Shown in pieces: positions 1 to 13,500 of a stretch of 64,000 nt of DNA. Made by a program: the position numbers and the translations under genes. Origin of the DNA: Eledone cirrhosa (Eukaryota). Location of the stretch: positions 31,434,001-31,498,000 of the forward strand of contig OZ024744.1 in NCBI GenBank assembly GCA_964016885.1, written 5' to 3'. Below the pieces are notes generated by a model. That model saw only the letters and a list, made by a program, of their open reading frames with translations, was not told the origin of the DNA and made no database searches. The first letter of the stretch is position 1; each line of letters opens with the position of its first letter.

Positions 1-2749
1 AAACCCAGTACTAACTAATGTCCTCTGTCATAGCCAACTGAGACGTAGGTAAACCCAGCACTAACTAATGTCCTCTGTCATGGCCAACTGAGACGTTGTT
101 AAACCCAGTACTAACAAATGTCCTATGTCATGGCAAACTGAGATATTGCTAAACCCAGTGTTATCTAATGTCCTATGTCATGACCAACTGAGACGTTGGT
201 ATACCCAGTACTAACGAATGTCCTCTGTCATGGCCAACTGAGACATTGGTAAACCCAGTATAAACTAATGACCTATGTTATGGCCAACTGAGACTTTAGT
301 AAACCCAGTACTAACTAATGTCCTATGTCATGACCAACTGAGACATTGGTAAACCCAGTACTAACTAATGTCCTATGTCATGGCCAACTGAGACGTTGGT
401 AAATCCAGTACTAACTAATGTCCTCTCTCATGACCAACTGAGACGTTGGTAAACCAAGTACTAACTAATGTTCTCTGTCATGGCCAACTGAGACGTAGGT
501 AAACCCAGTACTAACTAATGTCCTCTGTCATGGCCAACTGAGACATTGGTAAACCCAGTACTAACTAATGTCCTATGTCATGACCAACTGAGATGTTGGT
601 AAACCCAGAACTAACTAATGTCCTATGCCATGGCCAACTGAGACGTTGGTAAATCCAGTACTAACTAATGTCCTCTCTCATGGACAACTGAGACGTTGGT
701 AAATCCAGTACTAACTAATGTCCTCTGTCATGGCCAACTGAGATATTGCTGAACCCAGTATTATCTAATGTCCTATGTCATGACCAACTGAGACGTTGGT
801 ATACCCAGTACTAACGAATGTCCTCTGTCATGGCCAACTGAGACGTTGGTAAACCCAGTACTAACTAATGTCCTCTCTCATGGCCAACTGAGACGTTGGT
901 AAACCCAGTACTACCTAATGTCCTATGTCATGGCCAACTGAGTCGTTGGTAAACCCAGTACTATCTAATTTCCTATGTCATGACCAACTGAGACGTTGGT
1001 AAACCCAGTACTAACTAATGTCCTCTGTCATGGCCAACTGAGACATTCGTAAACCCAGTACTAACTAATGTCCTCTGTTATGGCCAACTGAGAGATTGGT
1101 AAACCCAGTACTAACTAATGTCCTATGTCATGACCAACTGAGACATTGGTAAACCCAGTACTAACTAATGTCCTATGTCATTGCCAACTGAGACATTGGT
1201 AAACCCAGTACTAACTAATGACGTATGTCATGGCCAACTGAGACATTGGTAAACCCAGTACTAACTAATGTCCTATGTCATCGCCAACTGAGACGTTGGT
1301 AAACCCAGTACTAACTAATGTCCTATGTCATGACCAACTGAGACGTTGGTAAACCCAGTACTAACTAATGTCCTCTGTCATGGCCAACTTAGACGTAGGT
1401 AAACCCAGTACTAAGTAATGTCCTCTGTCATGGCCAACTGAGACGTTGGTAAACCCAGTACTAACTAATGTCCTCTGTCATTACCAACTGAGACGTAGGT
1501 AAACCCAGTACTAACTAATGTCCTCTGTCATGGCCAACTGAGACGTAGGTAAACCCAGTACTAACTAATGTCCTATGTCATGGCCAACTGAGACGTTGGT
1601 AAACCCAGTATTAACTAATGTCCTATGTCATGACCAACTGAGACATTGGTAAACCCAGTACTAACTAATGTCCTATGTCATGACCAACTGAGACGTTGGT
1701 AAACCCAGTACTAACTAACGTCTTATGTCATGGCCAACTGAGACGTTGGTAAACCCAGTACTACCTAATGTCCGCTGTCATGGCCAACTGAGACGTTGGT
1801 AAACACAGTACTAACTAATGTCCTATGTCATGGCCAACTGAGATGTTGGTAAACCCAGTACTAACTAATGTCCTCTGTCATGGCCAACTGAGACGTTGGT
1901 AAACCCAGTACTAACTAATGTCCTATGTCATGGCGAACTGAGACGTTGGTAAACCCAGAACTAACAAATGTCCTATGTCATGACCAACTGAGACGTTGGT
2001 AAACCCAGTACTAACTAATGTCCCCTGTCATGACAACTGAGAGATTGGTAAACCCAGTACTAACTAATGTCCTATGTCATGACCAACTGAGACATTGGTA
2101 AACCAAGTACTAACTAATGTCCTATGTCATGGCCAACTGAGACGTTGGTAAACCCAGTACTAACTAATGTCCTCTGTCATGGCCAACTGAGACATTGGTA
2201 AACCCAGTACTAACTAATGTCCTACGTCATGACCAACTGAGACATTGGTAAACCCAGTACTAACTAATGTCCTATGTCATGGCCAACTGAGACGTTGGTA
2301 AATCCAGTACTAACTAATGTCCTCTCTCATGGCCAACTGAGACGTAGGTAAACCCAGTACTAACTAATGTCCTCTGTCATGGCCAACTGAGACGTTAGTA
2401 AACCCAGTATTAGCTAATGTCCTATGTCATGGCCAACTGAAACGTTGGTAAACCGAGTACTAACTAATGTCCTCTGTCATGGCCAACTGAGATGTTGGTA
2501 AACCCAGTACTAACTAATGTCCTCTGTCATGGCCAACTGAGACATTGGTAAACCCAGTACAAACTAATGTCCTCTGTCATGGCCAACTGAGACGTTGGTA
2601 AACCCAGTACTAACTAATGTCCTATGTCATGGCCAACTGAGACGTTGGTAAACCCAGTACTAACAAATATCATATATCATGACCAACTGAGACGTTGGTA
2701 AACCCAGTACTAACTAATGTCCTATGTCATGGCCAACTGAGACGTTCGT

Positions 2750-5700
2750 AAACCCAGTACTAACTAATGTCCTCTGTCATGGCCAACTGAGAGATTGGTA
2801 AACCCAGTACTAACTAATGTCCTATGTCATGACCAACTGAGACATTGGTAAACCCAGTACGAACTAATGTCCTATGTCATGGCCAACTGAGACGTTGGTA
2901 AACCCAGTACTAACTAATGTCCTCTGTCATGGCCAACTGAGACGTTGGTAAACCCAGTATTAACTAATGTCCTATGTCTTGGCCAACTGAGACGATGGTA
3001 AACCCAGTACTAAATAATGTCCTCTGTCATGGCCAACTGAGACATTGGTAAACCCAGTTCTAACTAATGTCCTATGTCATGGCCAACTGAGACGTTGGTA
3101 AACCCAGTACTAATTAATGTCCTCTCTCATGGCCAACTGAGACGTTGGTAAACCCAGAACTAACTAATGTCCTCTGTCATAGCCAACTGAGACGTAGGTA
3201 AACCCAGCACTAACTAATGTCCTCTGTCATGGCCAACTGAGACGTTGGTAAACCCAGTACTAACAAATGTCCTATGTCATGGCGAACTGAGATATTGCTA
3301 AACCCAGTGTTATCTAATGTCCTATGTCATGACCAACTGAGACGTTGGTATACCCAGTACTAACGAATGTCCTCTGTCATGGCCAACTGAGACATTGGTA
3401 AACCCAGTATAAACTAATGACCTATGTCATGGCCAACTGAGACTTTAGTAAACCCAGTACTAACTAATGTCCTATGTCATGACCAACTGAGACATTGGTA
3501 AACCCAGTCCTAACTAATGTCCTATGTCATGGCCAACTGAGACGTTGTTATATCCAGTACTAACTAATGTCCTCTCTCATGACCAACTGAGACGTTGGTA
3601 AACCAAGTACTAACTAATGTTCTCTGTCATGGCCAACTGAGACGTAGGTAAACCCAGTACTAACTAATGTCCTCTGTCATGGCCAACTGAGACATTGGTA
3701 AACCCAGTACTAACTAATGTCCTATGTCATGACCAACTGAGATGTTGGTAAACCCAGTACTAACTAATGTCCTATGCCATGGCCAACTGAGACGTTGGTA
3801 AATCCAGTACTAACTAATGTCCTCTCTCATGGCCAACTGAGACGTTGGTAAACCCAGTATTAACTAATGTCCTATGTCATGGCCAACTGAGACGATGTTA
3901 AACCCAGTACTAAATAATGTCCTCTGTCATGGCCAACTGAGACATTGGTAAACCCAGTACTAACTAATGTACTATGTCATTGCCAACTGAGACATTGGTA
4001 AACCCAGTACTAAATAATGTCCTATGTCATGGCCAACTGAGACATTGGTAAACCCAGTACTAACTAATGTCCTATGTCATGACCAACTGAGACGTTGGTA
4101 AACCCAGTACTAACTAATGTCCTCTGTCATGGCCAACTTAGACGTAGATAAGCCCAGTACTAAGTAATGTCCTCTGTCATGGCCAACTGAGACGTTGGTA
4201 AACCCAGTACTAACTAATGTCCTCTGTCATTACCAACTGATACGTAGGTAAACCCAGTACTAACTAATGTCCTCTGTCATGGCCAACTGAGACGTAGGTA
4301 AACCCAGTACTAACTAATGTCCTATGTCATGGCCAACTGAGACGTTGGTAAACCCAGTATTAACTAATGTCCTATGTCATGACCAACTGAGACATTGTTA
4401 AACCCAGTACTAACTAATGTCCTATGTCATGACCAACTGAGACGTAGGTAAATCCAGTACTAACTAATGTCCTATGTCATGACCAACTGAGACATTGGTA
4501 AACCCAGTACTAACTTATGTCCTATGTCATGACCAACTGAGACGTTGGTAAACCCAGTACTAACTAACGTCCTATGTCATGGCCAACTGAGACGTTGGTG
4601 AACCCAGTACTAACTAATGTCCGCTGTCATGGCCAACTGAGACGTTGGTAAACACAGTACTAACTAATGTCCTATGTCATGGCCAACTGAGATGTTGGTA
4701 AACCCAGTACTAACTAATGTCCTCTGTCATGGCCAACTGAGACGTTGGTAAACCCAGTACTAACTAATGTCCTATGTCATGGCGAACTGAGACGTTGGTA
4801 AACCCAGAACTAACAAATGTCCTATGTCATGACCAACTGAGACGTTGGTAAATCCAGTACTAACTAATGTCCTCTGTCATGACCAACTGAGACGTTGGTA
4901 AACCCAGTACTAACTAATGTCCTCTGTCATGGCCAACTGAGACATTCGTAAACCCAGTACTAACTAATGTCCTCTGTCATGGCCAATTGAGAGATTGGTA
5001 AACCCAGTACTAACTAATGTCCTATGTCATGACCAACTGAGACATTGGTAAACCCAGTACGAACTAATGTCCTATGTCATGGTCAACTGAGACGTTGGTA
5101 AACCCAGTACTAACTAATGTCATCTGTCATGGCCAACTGAGACGTTGGTAAACCCAGTATTAACTAATGTCCTATGTCTTGGCCAACTGAGACGATGGTA
5201 AACCCAGTACTAAATAATGTCCTCTGTCATGGCCAACTGAGACATTGGTAAACCCAGTTCTAACTAATGTCCTATGTCATGGACAACTGAGACGTTGGTA
5301 AACCCAGTACTAATTAATGTCCTCTCTCATGGCCAACTGAGACGTTGGTATACCCAGTACTAACTAATGTCCTCTGTCATAGCCAACTGAGACGTAGGTA
5401 AACCCAGCACTAACTAATGTCCTCTGTCATGGCCAACTGAGACGTTGGTAAACCCAGTACTAACAAATGTCCTATGTCATGGCCAACTGAGATATTGCTA
5501 AACCCAGTGTTATCTAATGTCCTATGTCATGACCAACTGAGACGTTGGTATACCCAGTACTAACGAATGTCCTCTGTCATGGCCAACTGAGACATTGGTA
5601 AACCCAGTATAAACTAATGACCTATGTCATGGCCAACTGAGACTTTAGTAAACCCAATACTAACTAATGTCCTATGTCATGACCAACTGAGACATTGGTA

Positions 5701-6960
5701 AACCCAGTACTAACTAATGTCCTATGTCATGGCCAACTGAGACGTTGGTAAATCCAGTACTAACTAATGTCCTCTCTCATGACCAACTGAGACGTTGGTA
5801 AACCAAGTACTAACTAATGTTCTCTGTCATGGCCAACTGAGACGTAGGTAAACCCAGTACTAACTAATGTCCTCTGTCATGGCCAACTGAGACATTGGTA
5901 AACCCAGTACTAACTAATGTCCTATGTCATGACCAACTGGGATGTTGGTAAACCCAGTACTAACTAATGTCCTATGCCATGGCCAACTGAGACGTTGGTA
6001 AATCCAGTACTAACTAATGTCCTCTCTCATGGCCAACTGAGACGTTGGTAAACCCAGTATTAACTAATGTCCTATGTCATGGCCAACTGAGACGCTGGTA
6101 AACCCAGTACTAAATAATGTCCTCTGTCATGGCCAACTGAGACATTGGTAAACCCAGTACTAACTAATGTACTATGTCATTGCCAACTGAGACATTGGTA
6201 AACCCAGTACTAAATAATGTCGAATGTCATGGCCAACTGAGAGATTGGTAAACCCAGTACTAACTAATGTCCTATGTCATGACCAACTGAGACGTTGGTA
6301 AACCCAGTACTAACTAATGTCCTCTGTCATGGCCAACTTAGACGTAGGTAAACCCAGTACTAAGTAATGTCCTCTGACATGGCCAACTGAGACGTTGGAA
6401 AACCCAGTACTAACTAATGTCCTCTGTCATTACCAACTGAGACGTAGGTAAACCCAGTACTAACTAATGTCCTCTGTCATGGCCAACTTAGACGTAGGTA
6501 AACCCAGTACTAACTAATGTCCTATGTCATGGCCAACTGAGACGTTGGTAAACCCAGTATTAACTAATGTCCTATGTCATGACCAACTGAGACATTGTTA
6601 AACCCAGTACTAACTAATGTCCTATGTCATGACCAACTGAGACGTAGGTAAATCCAGTACTAACTAATGTCCTATGTCATGACCAACTGAGACATTGGTA
6701 AACCCAGTACTAACTAATGTCCTATGTCATGACCAACTGAGACGTTGGTAAACCCAGTACTAACTAACGTCCTATGTCATGGCCAACTGAGACGTTGGTA
6801 AACCCAGTACTAACTAATGTCCGCTGTCATGGCCAACTGAGACGTTGGTAAACACAGTACTAACTAATGTCCTATGTCATGGCCAACTGAAATGTTGGTA
6901 AACCCAGTACTAACTAATGTCCTCTGTCATGGCCAACTGAGACGTTGGTAAACCCAGTAC
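2750..6960 (+). repeat. Higher-order duplication, period 2,200 bp (44 monomers), ~2 copies
   Basis: Rare variants recur 2,200 bp apart: GACTTTAG at 3441 and 5641; CCAGCAC at ~3204 and ~5404; CCGCTG at 4621 and 6821. Confidence 0.85.
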
Positions 6961-9930
6961 TAACAAATGTCCTATGTCATGACCAACTGAGACGTTGGTA
7001 AACCCAGTACTAACTAATGTCCTCTGTCATGACAACTGAGAGATTGGTAAACCCAGTACTAACTAATGTCCTATGTCATGACAACTGAGAGATTGGTAAA
7101 CCCAGTACTAACTAATGTCCTCTGTCATGGCCAACTGAGACATTGGTAAACCCAGTACTAACTAATGTACTATGTCATGGCCAACTGAGACGTTGGTAAA
7201 CCCAGTATTAACTAATGTCCTATGTCATGACCAACTGAGACATTGTTAAACCCAGTACTAACTAATGTCCTATGTCATGACCAACTGAGACGTAGGTAAA
7301 TCCAGTACTAACTAATGTCCTATGTCATGACCAACTGAGACATTGGTAAACCCAGTACTAACTAATGTCCTATGTCATGACCAACTGAGACGTTGGTAAA
7401 CCCAGTACTAACTAACGTCCTATGTCATGGCCAACTGAGACGTTGGTAAACCCAGTACTAACTAATGTCCGCTGTCATGGCCAACTGAGACGTTGGTAAA
7501 CACAGTACTAACTAATGTCCTATGTCATGGCCAACTGAAATGTTGGTAAACCCAGTACTAACTAATGTCCTCTGTCATGGCCAACTGAGACGTTGGTAAA
7601 CCCAGTACTAACAAATGTCCTATGTCATGACCAACTGAGACGTTGGTAAACCCAGTACTAACTAATGTCCTCTGTCATGACAACTGAGAGATTGGTAAAC
7701 CCAGTATTAACTAATGTCCTATGTCATGGCCAACTGAGACGCTGGTAAACCCAGTACTAAATAATGTCCTCTGTCATGGCCAACTGAGACATTGGTAAAC
7801 CCAGTACTAACTAATGTACTATGTCATTGCCAACTGAGACATTGGTAAACCCAGTACTAAATAATGTCGAATGTCATGGCCAACTGAGAGATTGGTAAAC
7901 CCAGTACTAACTAATGTCCTATGTCATGACCAACTGAGACGTTGGTAAACCCAGTACTAACTAATGTCCTCTGTCATGGCCAACTTAGACGTAGGTAAAC
8001 CCAGTACTAAGTAATGTCCTCTGACATGGCCAACTGAGACGTTGGAAAACCCAGTACTAACTAATGTCCTTGTCATTACCAACTGAGACGTAGGTAAACC
8101 CAGTACTAACTAATGTCCTCTGTCATGGCCAACTTAGACGTAGGTAAACCCAGTACTAACTAATGTCCTATGTCATGGCCAACTGAGACGTTGGTAAACC
8201 CAGTATTAACTAATGTCCTATGTCATGACCAACTGAGACATTGTTAAACCCAGTACTAACTAATGTCCTATGTCATGACCAACTGAGACGTAGGTAAATC
8301 CAGTACTAACTAATGTCCTATGTCATGACCAACTGAGACATTGGTAAACCCAGTACTAACTAATGTCCTATGTCATGACCAACTGAGACGTTGGTAAACC
8401 CAGTACTAACTAACGTCCTATGTCATGGCCAACTGAGACGTTGGTAAACCCAGTACTAACTAATGTCCGCTGTCATGGCCAACTGAGACGTTGGTAAACA
8501 CAGTACTAACTAATGTCCTATGTCATGGCCAACTGAAATGTTGGTAAACCCAGTACTAACTAATGTCCTCTGTCATGGCCAACTGAGACGTTGGTAAACC
8601 CAGTACTAACAAATGTCCTATGTCATGACCAACTGAGACGTTGGTAAACCCAGTACTAACTAATGTCCTCTGTCATGACAACTGAGAGATTGGTAAACCC
8701 AGTACTAACTAATGTCCTATGTCATGACAACTGAGAGATTGGTAAACCCAGTACTAACTAATGTCCTCTGTCATGGCCAACTGAGACATTGGTAAACCCA
8801 GTACTAACTAATGTACTATGTCATGGCCAACTGAGACGTTGGTAAACCCAGTATTAACTAATGTCCTATGTCATGACCAACTGAGACATTGTTAAACCCA
8901 GTACTAACTAATGTCCTATGTCATGACCAACTGAGACGTAGGTAAATCCAGTACTAACTAATGTCCTATGTCATGACCAACTGAGACATTGGTAAACCCA
9001 GTACTAACTAATGTCCTATGTCATGACCAACTGAGACGTTGGTAAACCCAGTACTAACTAACGTCCTATGTCATGGCCAACTGAGACGTTGGTAAACCCA
9101 GTACTAACTAATGTCCGCTGTCATGGCCAACTGAGACGTTGGTAAACACAGTACTAACTAATGTCCTATGTCATGGCCAACTGAAATGTTGGTAAACCCA
9201 GTACTAACTAATGTCCTCTGTCATGGCCAACTGAGACGTTGGTAAACCCAGTACTAACAAATGTCCTATGTCATGACCAACTGAGACGTTGGTAAACCCA
9301 GTACTAACTAATGTCCTCTGTCATGACAACTGAGAGATTGGTAAACCCAGTATTAACTAATGTCCTATGTCATGGCCAACTGAGACGCTGGTAAACCCAG
9401 TACTAAATAATGTCCTCTGTCATGGCCAACTGAGACATTGGTAAACCCAGTACTAACTAATGTACTATGTCATTGCCAACTGAGACATTGGTAAACCCAG
9501 TACTAAATAATGTCGAATGTCATGGCCAACTGAGAGATTGGTAAACCCAGTACTAACTAATGTCCTATGTCATGACCAACTGAGACGTTGGTAAACCCAG
9601 TACTAACTAATGTCCTCTGTCATGGCCAACTTAGACGTAGGTAAACCCAGTACTAAGTAATGTCCTCTGACATGGCCAACTGAGACGTTGGAAAACCCAG
9701 TACTAACTAATGTCCTCTGTCATTACCAACTGAGACGTAGGTAAACCCAGTACTAACTAATGTCCTCTGTCATGGCCAACTTAGACGTAGGTAAACCCAG
9801 TACTAACTAATGTCCTATGTTATGGCCAACTGAGACGTTGGTAAACCCAGTATTAACTAATGTCCTATGTCATGACCAACTGAGACATTGTTAAACCCAG
9901 TACTAACTAATATCCTATGTCATGACCAAC
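6050..9930 (+). repeat. Higher-order repeat, period ~1,647 bp (33 monomers less 1-bp deletions), ~2.3 copies, with a nested 648-bp (13-monomer) offset duplication
   Basis: Marker CGAATG at 6221, 7868 and 9514 (spacings 1647, 1646). Marker CTGAAATGTTGG recurs at ~6887 and ~7535 (648 apart) and again at ~8533 and ~9181. Confidence 0.88.
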
Positions 9931-10549
9931 TGAGACGTTGGTAAACCCAGTACTAACAAATGTCCTATGTCATGACCAACTGAGACGTTGGTAAACCCAG
10001 TACTAACAAATGTCCTATGTCATGACCAACTGAGACGTTGGTAAACCCAGTACTAACTAATGTCCTCTGTCATGACAACTGAGAGATTGGTAAACCCAGT
10101 ACTAACTAATGTCCTATGTCATGACCAACTGAGACATTGGTAAACCCAGTACTAACTAATGTCCTTTGTCATGGCCAACTGAGACGTTGGTAAACCCAGT
10201 ACTAACTAATGTCCTCTGTCATGGCCAACTGAGACATTGGTAAACCCATTACTAACTAATGTCCTACGTCATGACCAACTGAGACATTGGTAAACCCAGT
10301 ACTAACTAATGTCCTATGTCATGGCCAACTGAGACGTTGGTAAATCCAGTACTAACTAATGTCCTCTCTCATGGCCAACTGAGACGTAGGTAAACCCAGT
10401 ACTAACTAATGTCCTATGTCATGGCCAACTGAGACGATGGTAAACCCAGTACTAAATAATGTCCTTTTTCATGGCCAACTAAGACATTGGTAAACTCAGT
10501 ACTATCTAATGTCCTATGTCATGACCAACTGAGACGTTGGTAAACCCAA

Positions 10550-13500
10550 TACTAACTAATGTCCTCTGTCATAGCCAACTGAGACGTAGGTAAACCCACT
10601 ACTAACTAATGTCCTCTGTCATGGCCAACTGAAACGTTGGTAAACCGAGTACTAACTAATGTCCTCTGTCATGGCCAACTGAGATGTTGGTAAACCCAGT
10701 ACTAACTAATGTCCTATGTCATGGCCAACTGAGACGTTGGTAAACCCAGTACTAACAAATATCATATATCATGACCAACTGAGACGTTGGTAAACCCAGT
10801 ACTAACTAATGTCCTCTGTCATGGCCAACTGAGACATTCGTAAACCCAGTACTAACTAATGTCCTCTGTCATGGCCAACTGAGAGATTGGTAAACCCAGT
10901 ATTAGCTAATGTCCTATGTCATGGCCAACTGAGACGATGGTAAACCCAGTATTAGCTAATGTCCTATGTCATGGCCAACTGAGACGATGGTAAACCCAGT
11001 ACTAACTAATGTCCTCTGTCATGGCCAACTGAGACATTGGTAAACCCAGTACTAACTAATGTCCTATGTCATGACCAACTGAGATGTTGGTAAACCCAGT
11101 ACTAACTAATGTCCTATGCCATGGCCAACTGAGACGTTGGTAAATCCAGTACTAACTAATGTCCTCTCTCATGGCCAACTGAGACGTTGGTAAACCCAGT
11201 ATTAACTAATGTCCTATGTCATGGCCAACTGAGACGATGGTAAACCCAGTACTAAATAATGTCCTCTGTCATGGCCAACTGAGACATTGGTAAACCCAGT
11301 ACTAACTAATGTCCTATGTCATGGCCAACTGAGACATTATTAAACCCAGTACTATCTAATGTCCTATGTCATGGCACACTGAGACGTTGGTAAACCCAGT
11401 ACTAACTAATGTCGTATGTCATGGCCAACTGAGACGTTGGTAAACCCAGTACTAACTAATGTCCTCTTTCATAGCCAACTGAGACGTAGGTAAACCCAGT
11501 ACTAACTAATGTCCTCTCTCATGGCCAACTGAGACGTTGGTAAACCCAGTACTGACTAATGTCCTCTGTCATGGCCAACTGAGACGTTGGTAAACCCAGT
11601 ACTAACTAATGTCCCATGTCATGGCCAACTGAGTTGTTGGTAAACCCAGTACTATCTAATTTCCTATGTCATGACCAACTGAGACGTTGGTAAACCCAGT
11701 AGTAACTAATGTCCTCTGTCATGGCCAACTGAGACATTCGTAAACCCAGTACTAACTAATGTCCTCTGTTATGGCCAACTGAGAGATTGGTAAACCCAGT
11801 ACTAACTAATGTCCTATGACATGACCAACTGAGACATTGGTAAACTCAGTACTAACTAATGTCCTATGTCATTGCCAACTGAGACGTTGGTAAACCCAGT
11901 ACTAACTAATGTCCTCTCTCATGGCCAACTGAGACATTGGTAAACCCAGTACTAACTAATGTCCTATGTCATGACCAACTGAGACATTGGTAAACCCAGT
12001 ACTAACTAATGTCCTATGTCATGGCCAACTGAGACTTTGGTAAATCCAGTACTAACTAATGTCCTCTCTCATGACCAACTGAGACGTTGGTAAACCCAGT
12101 ACAAACTAATGTTCTCTGTCATGGCCAACTGAGACGTAGGTAAACCCAGTACTAACTAATGTCCTCTGTCATGGCCAACTGAGACATTGGTAAACCCAGT
12201 ACTAACTAATGTCGTATGTCATGGCCAACTGAGACATTGGTAAACCCAGTACTAACTAATGTCCTATGTCATCGCCAATTGAGACGTTGGTAAACCCAGT
12301 ACTAACTAATGTCCTACGTCATGACCAACTGAGACGTTGGTAAACCCAGTACTAACTAATGTCCTCTGTCATGGCCAACTGAAACGTTGGTAAACCCAGT
12401 ACTAACTAATGTCCTCTGTCATTACCAACTGAGACGTAGGTAAACCCAGTACTAACTCATGTCCTCTGTCATGGCCAACTGAGACGTAGGTAAAACCAGT
12501 ACTAACTATATGTCCTATGTCATGGCCAACTGAGACGTTGGTAAACCCAGTATTAACTAATGTCCTATGTCATGACCAACTGAGACATTGGTAAACCCAG
12601 TACTAACTAATGTCCTATGTCATGGCCAACTGAGACGTTGGTAAACCCAGTACTAACTAATGTCTTATGTCATGGCCAACTGAGACATTGGTAAACCCAG
12701 TACTAACTAATGTCCTATGTCATGGACAACCGAGACGGTGGTAAACCCAGTACTAACTAATGTCCTATGTCATGACCAACTGAGACGTTGGTAAACCCAG
12801 TATTAACTAATCTCCTATGTCAAGGCCAACTGAGACGTTGGTAAACCCAGTACTACCTAATGTCCTATGTCATGGCCAACTGAGACGTTGGTAAACCCAG
12901 TATTAACTAATGTCCTATGTCATGGCCAACTGAGACATTGGTAAACATAGTACTAACTAATGTCGTATACCATGGCCAACTGAGACATTGGTAAACCCAG
13001 TACTAACTAATGTCCTATATCATGGCCAATTGAGACGTTGGTAAACACAGTACTAACTAATGTACTCTCTCCTGGCCAACTGAGACGTTGGTAAACCCAG
13101 TACTAACTAATGTTCTCTGTCATGGCCAACTGAGACGTAGGTAAACCCAGTACTAACTAATGTCCTATGTCATGGCCAAATGAGACGTTGGTAAATCCAG
13201 TACTAACTAATGTCCTCTGTCATGGCCAACTGAGACATTCGTAAACCCAGTACTAACTAATGTCCTCTGTCATGGCCAACTGAGTCATTGGTAAACCCAG
13301 TAATAACTAATGTCCTATGTCATGGCCAACTGAGAAGATGGTAAACCCAGTACTAAATAATGTCCTCTGACATAGCCGACTGAGACATTCGTAAACCCAG
13401 TACTAACTAATGTCCTCTGTCATGGCCAACTGAGAGATTGGTAAACCCAGTACTAACTAATGTCCTATGTCATGACCAACTGAGACATTGGTAAACCCAG

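Noticed and set aside
1-150. Nucleosome phasing (3 x 50 bp is about 147-150 bp)
   Set aside because: No trimer periodicity of variants or phased A-tracts is evident; numerical coincidence only without MNase data.
11411-11470. Mini-intron: variant GTATGT (yeast 5' splice site) upstream of TACTAAC
   Set aside because: GTATGT arises from a single C>G change in a minority of monomers; there are no exons or ORF and no clear polypyrimidine-YAG acceptor.
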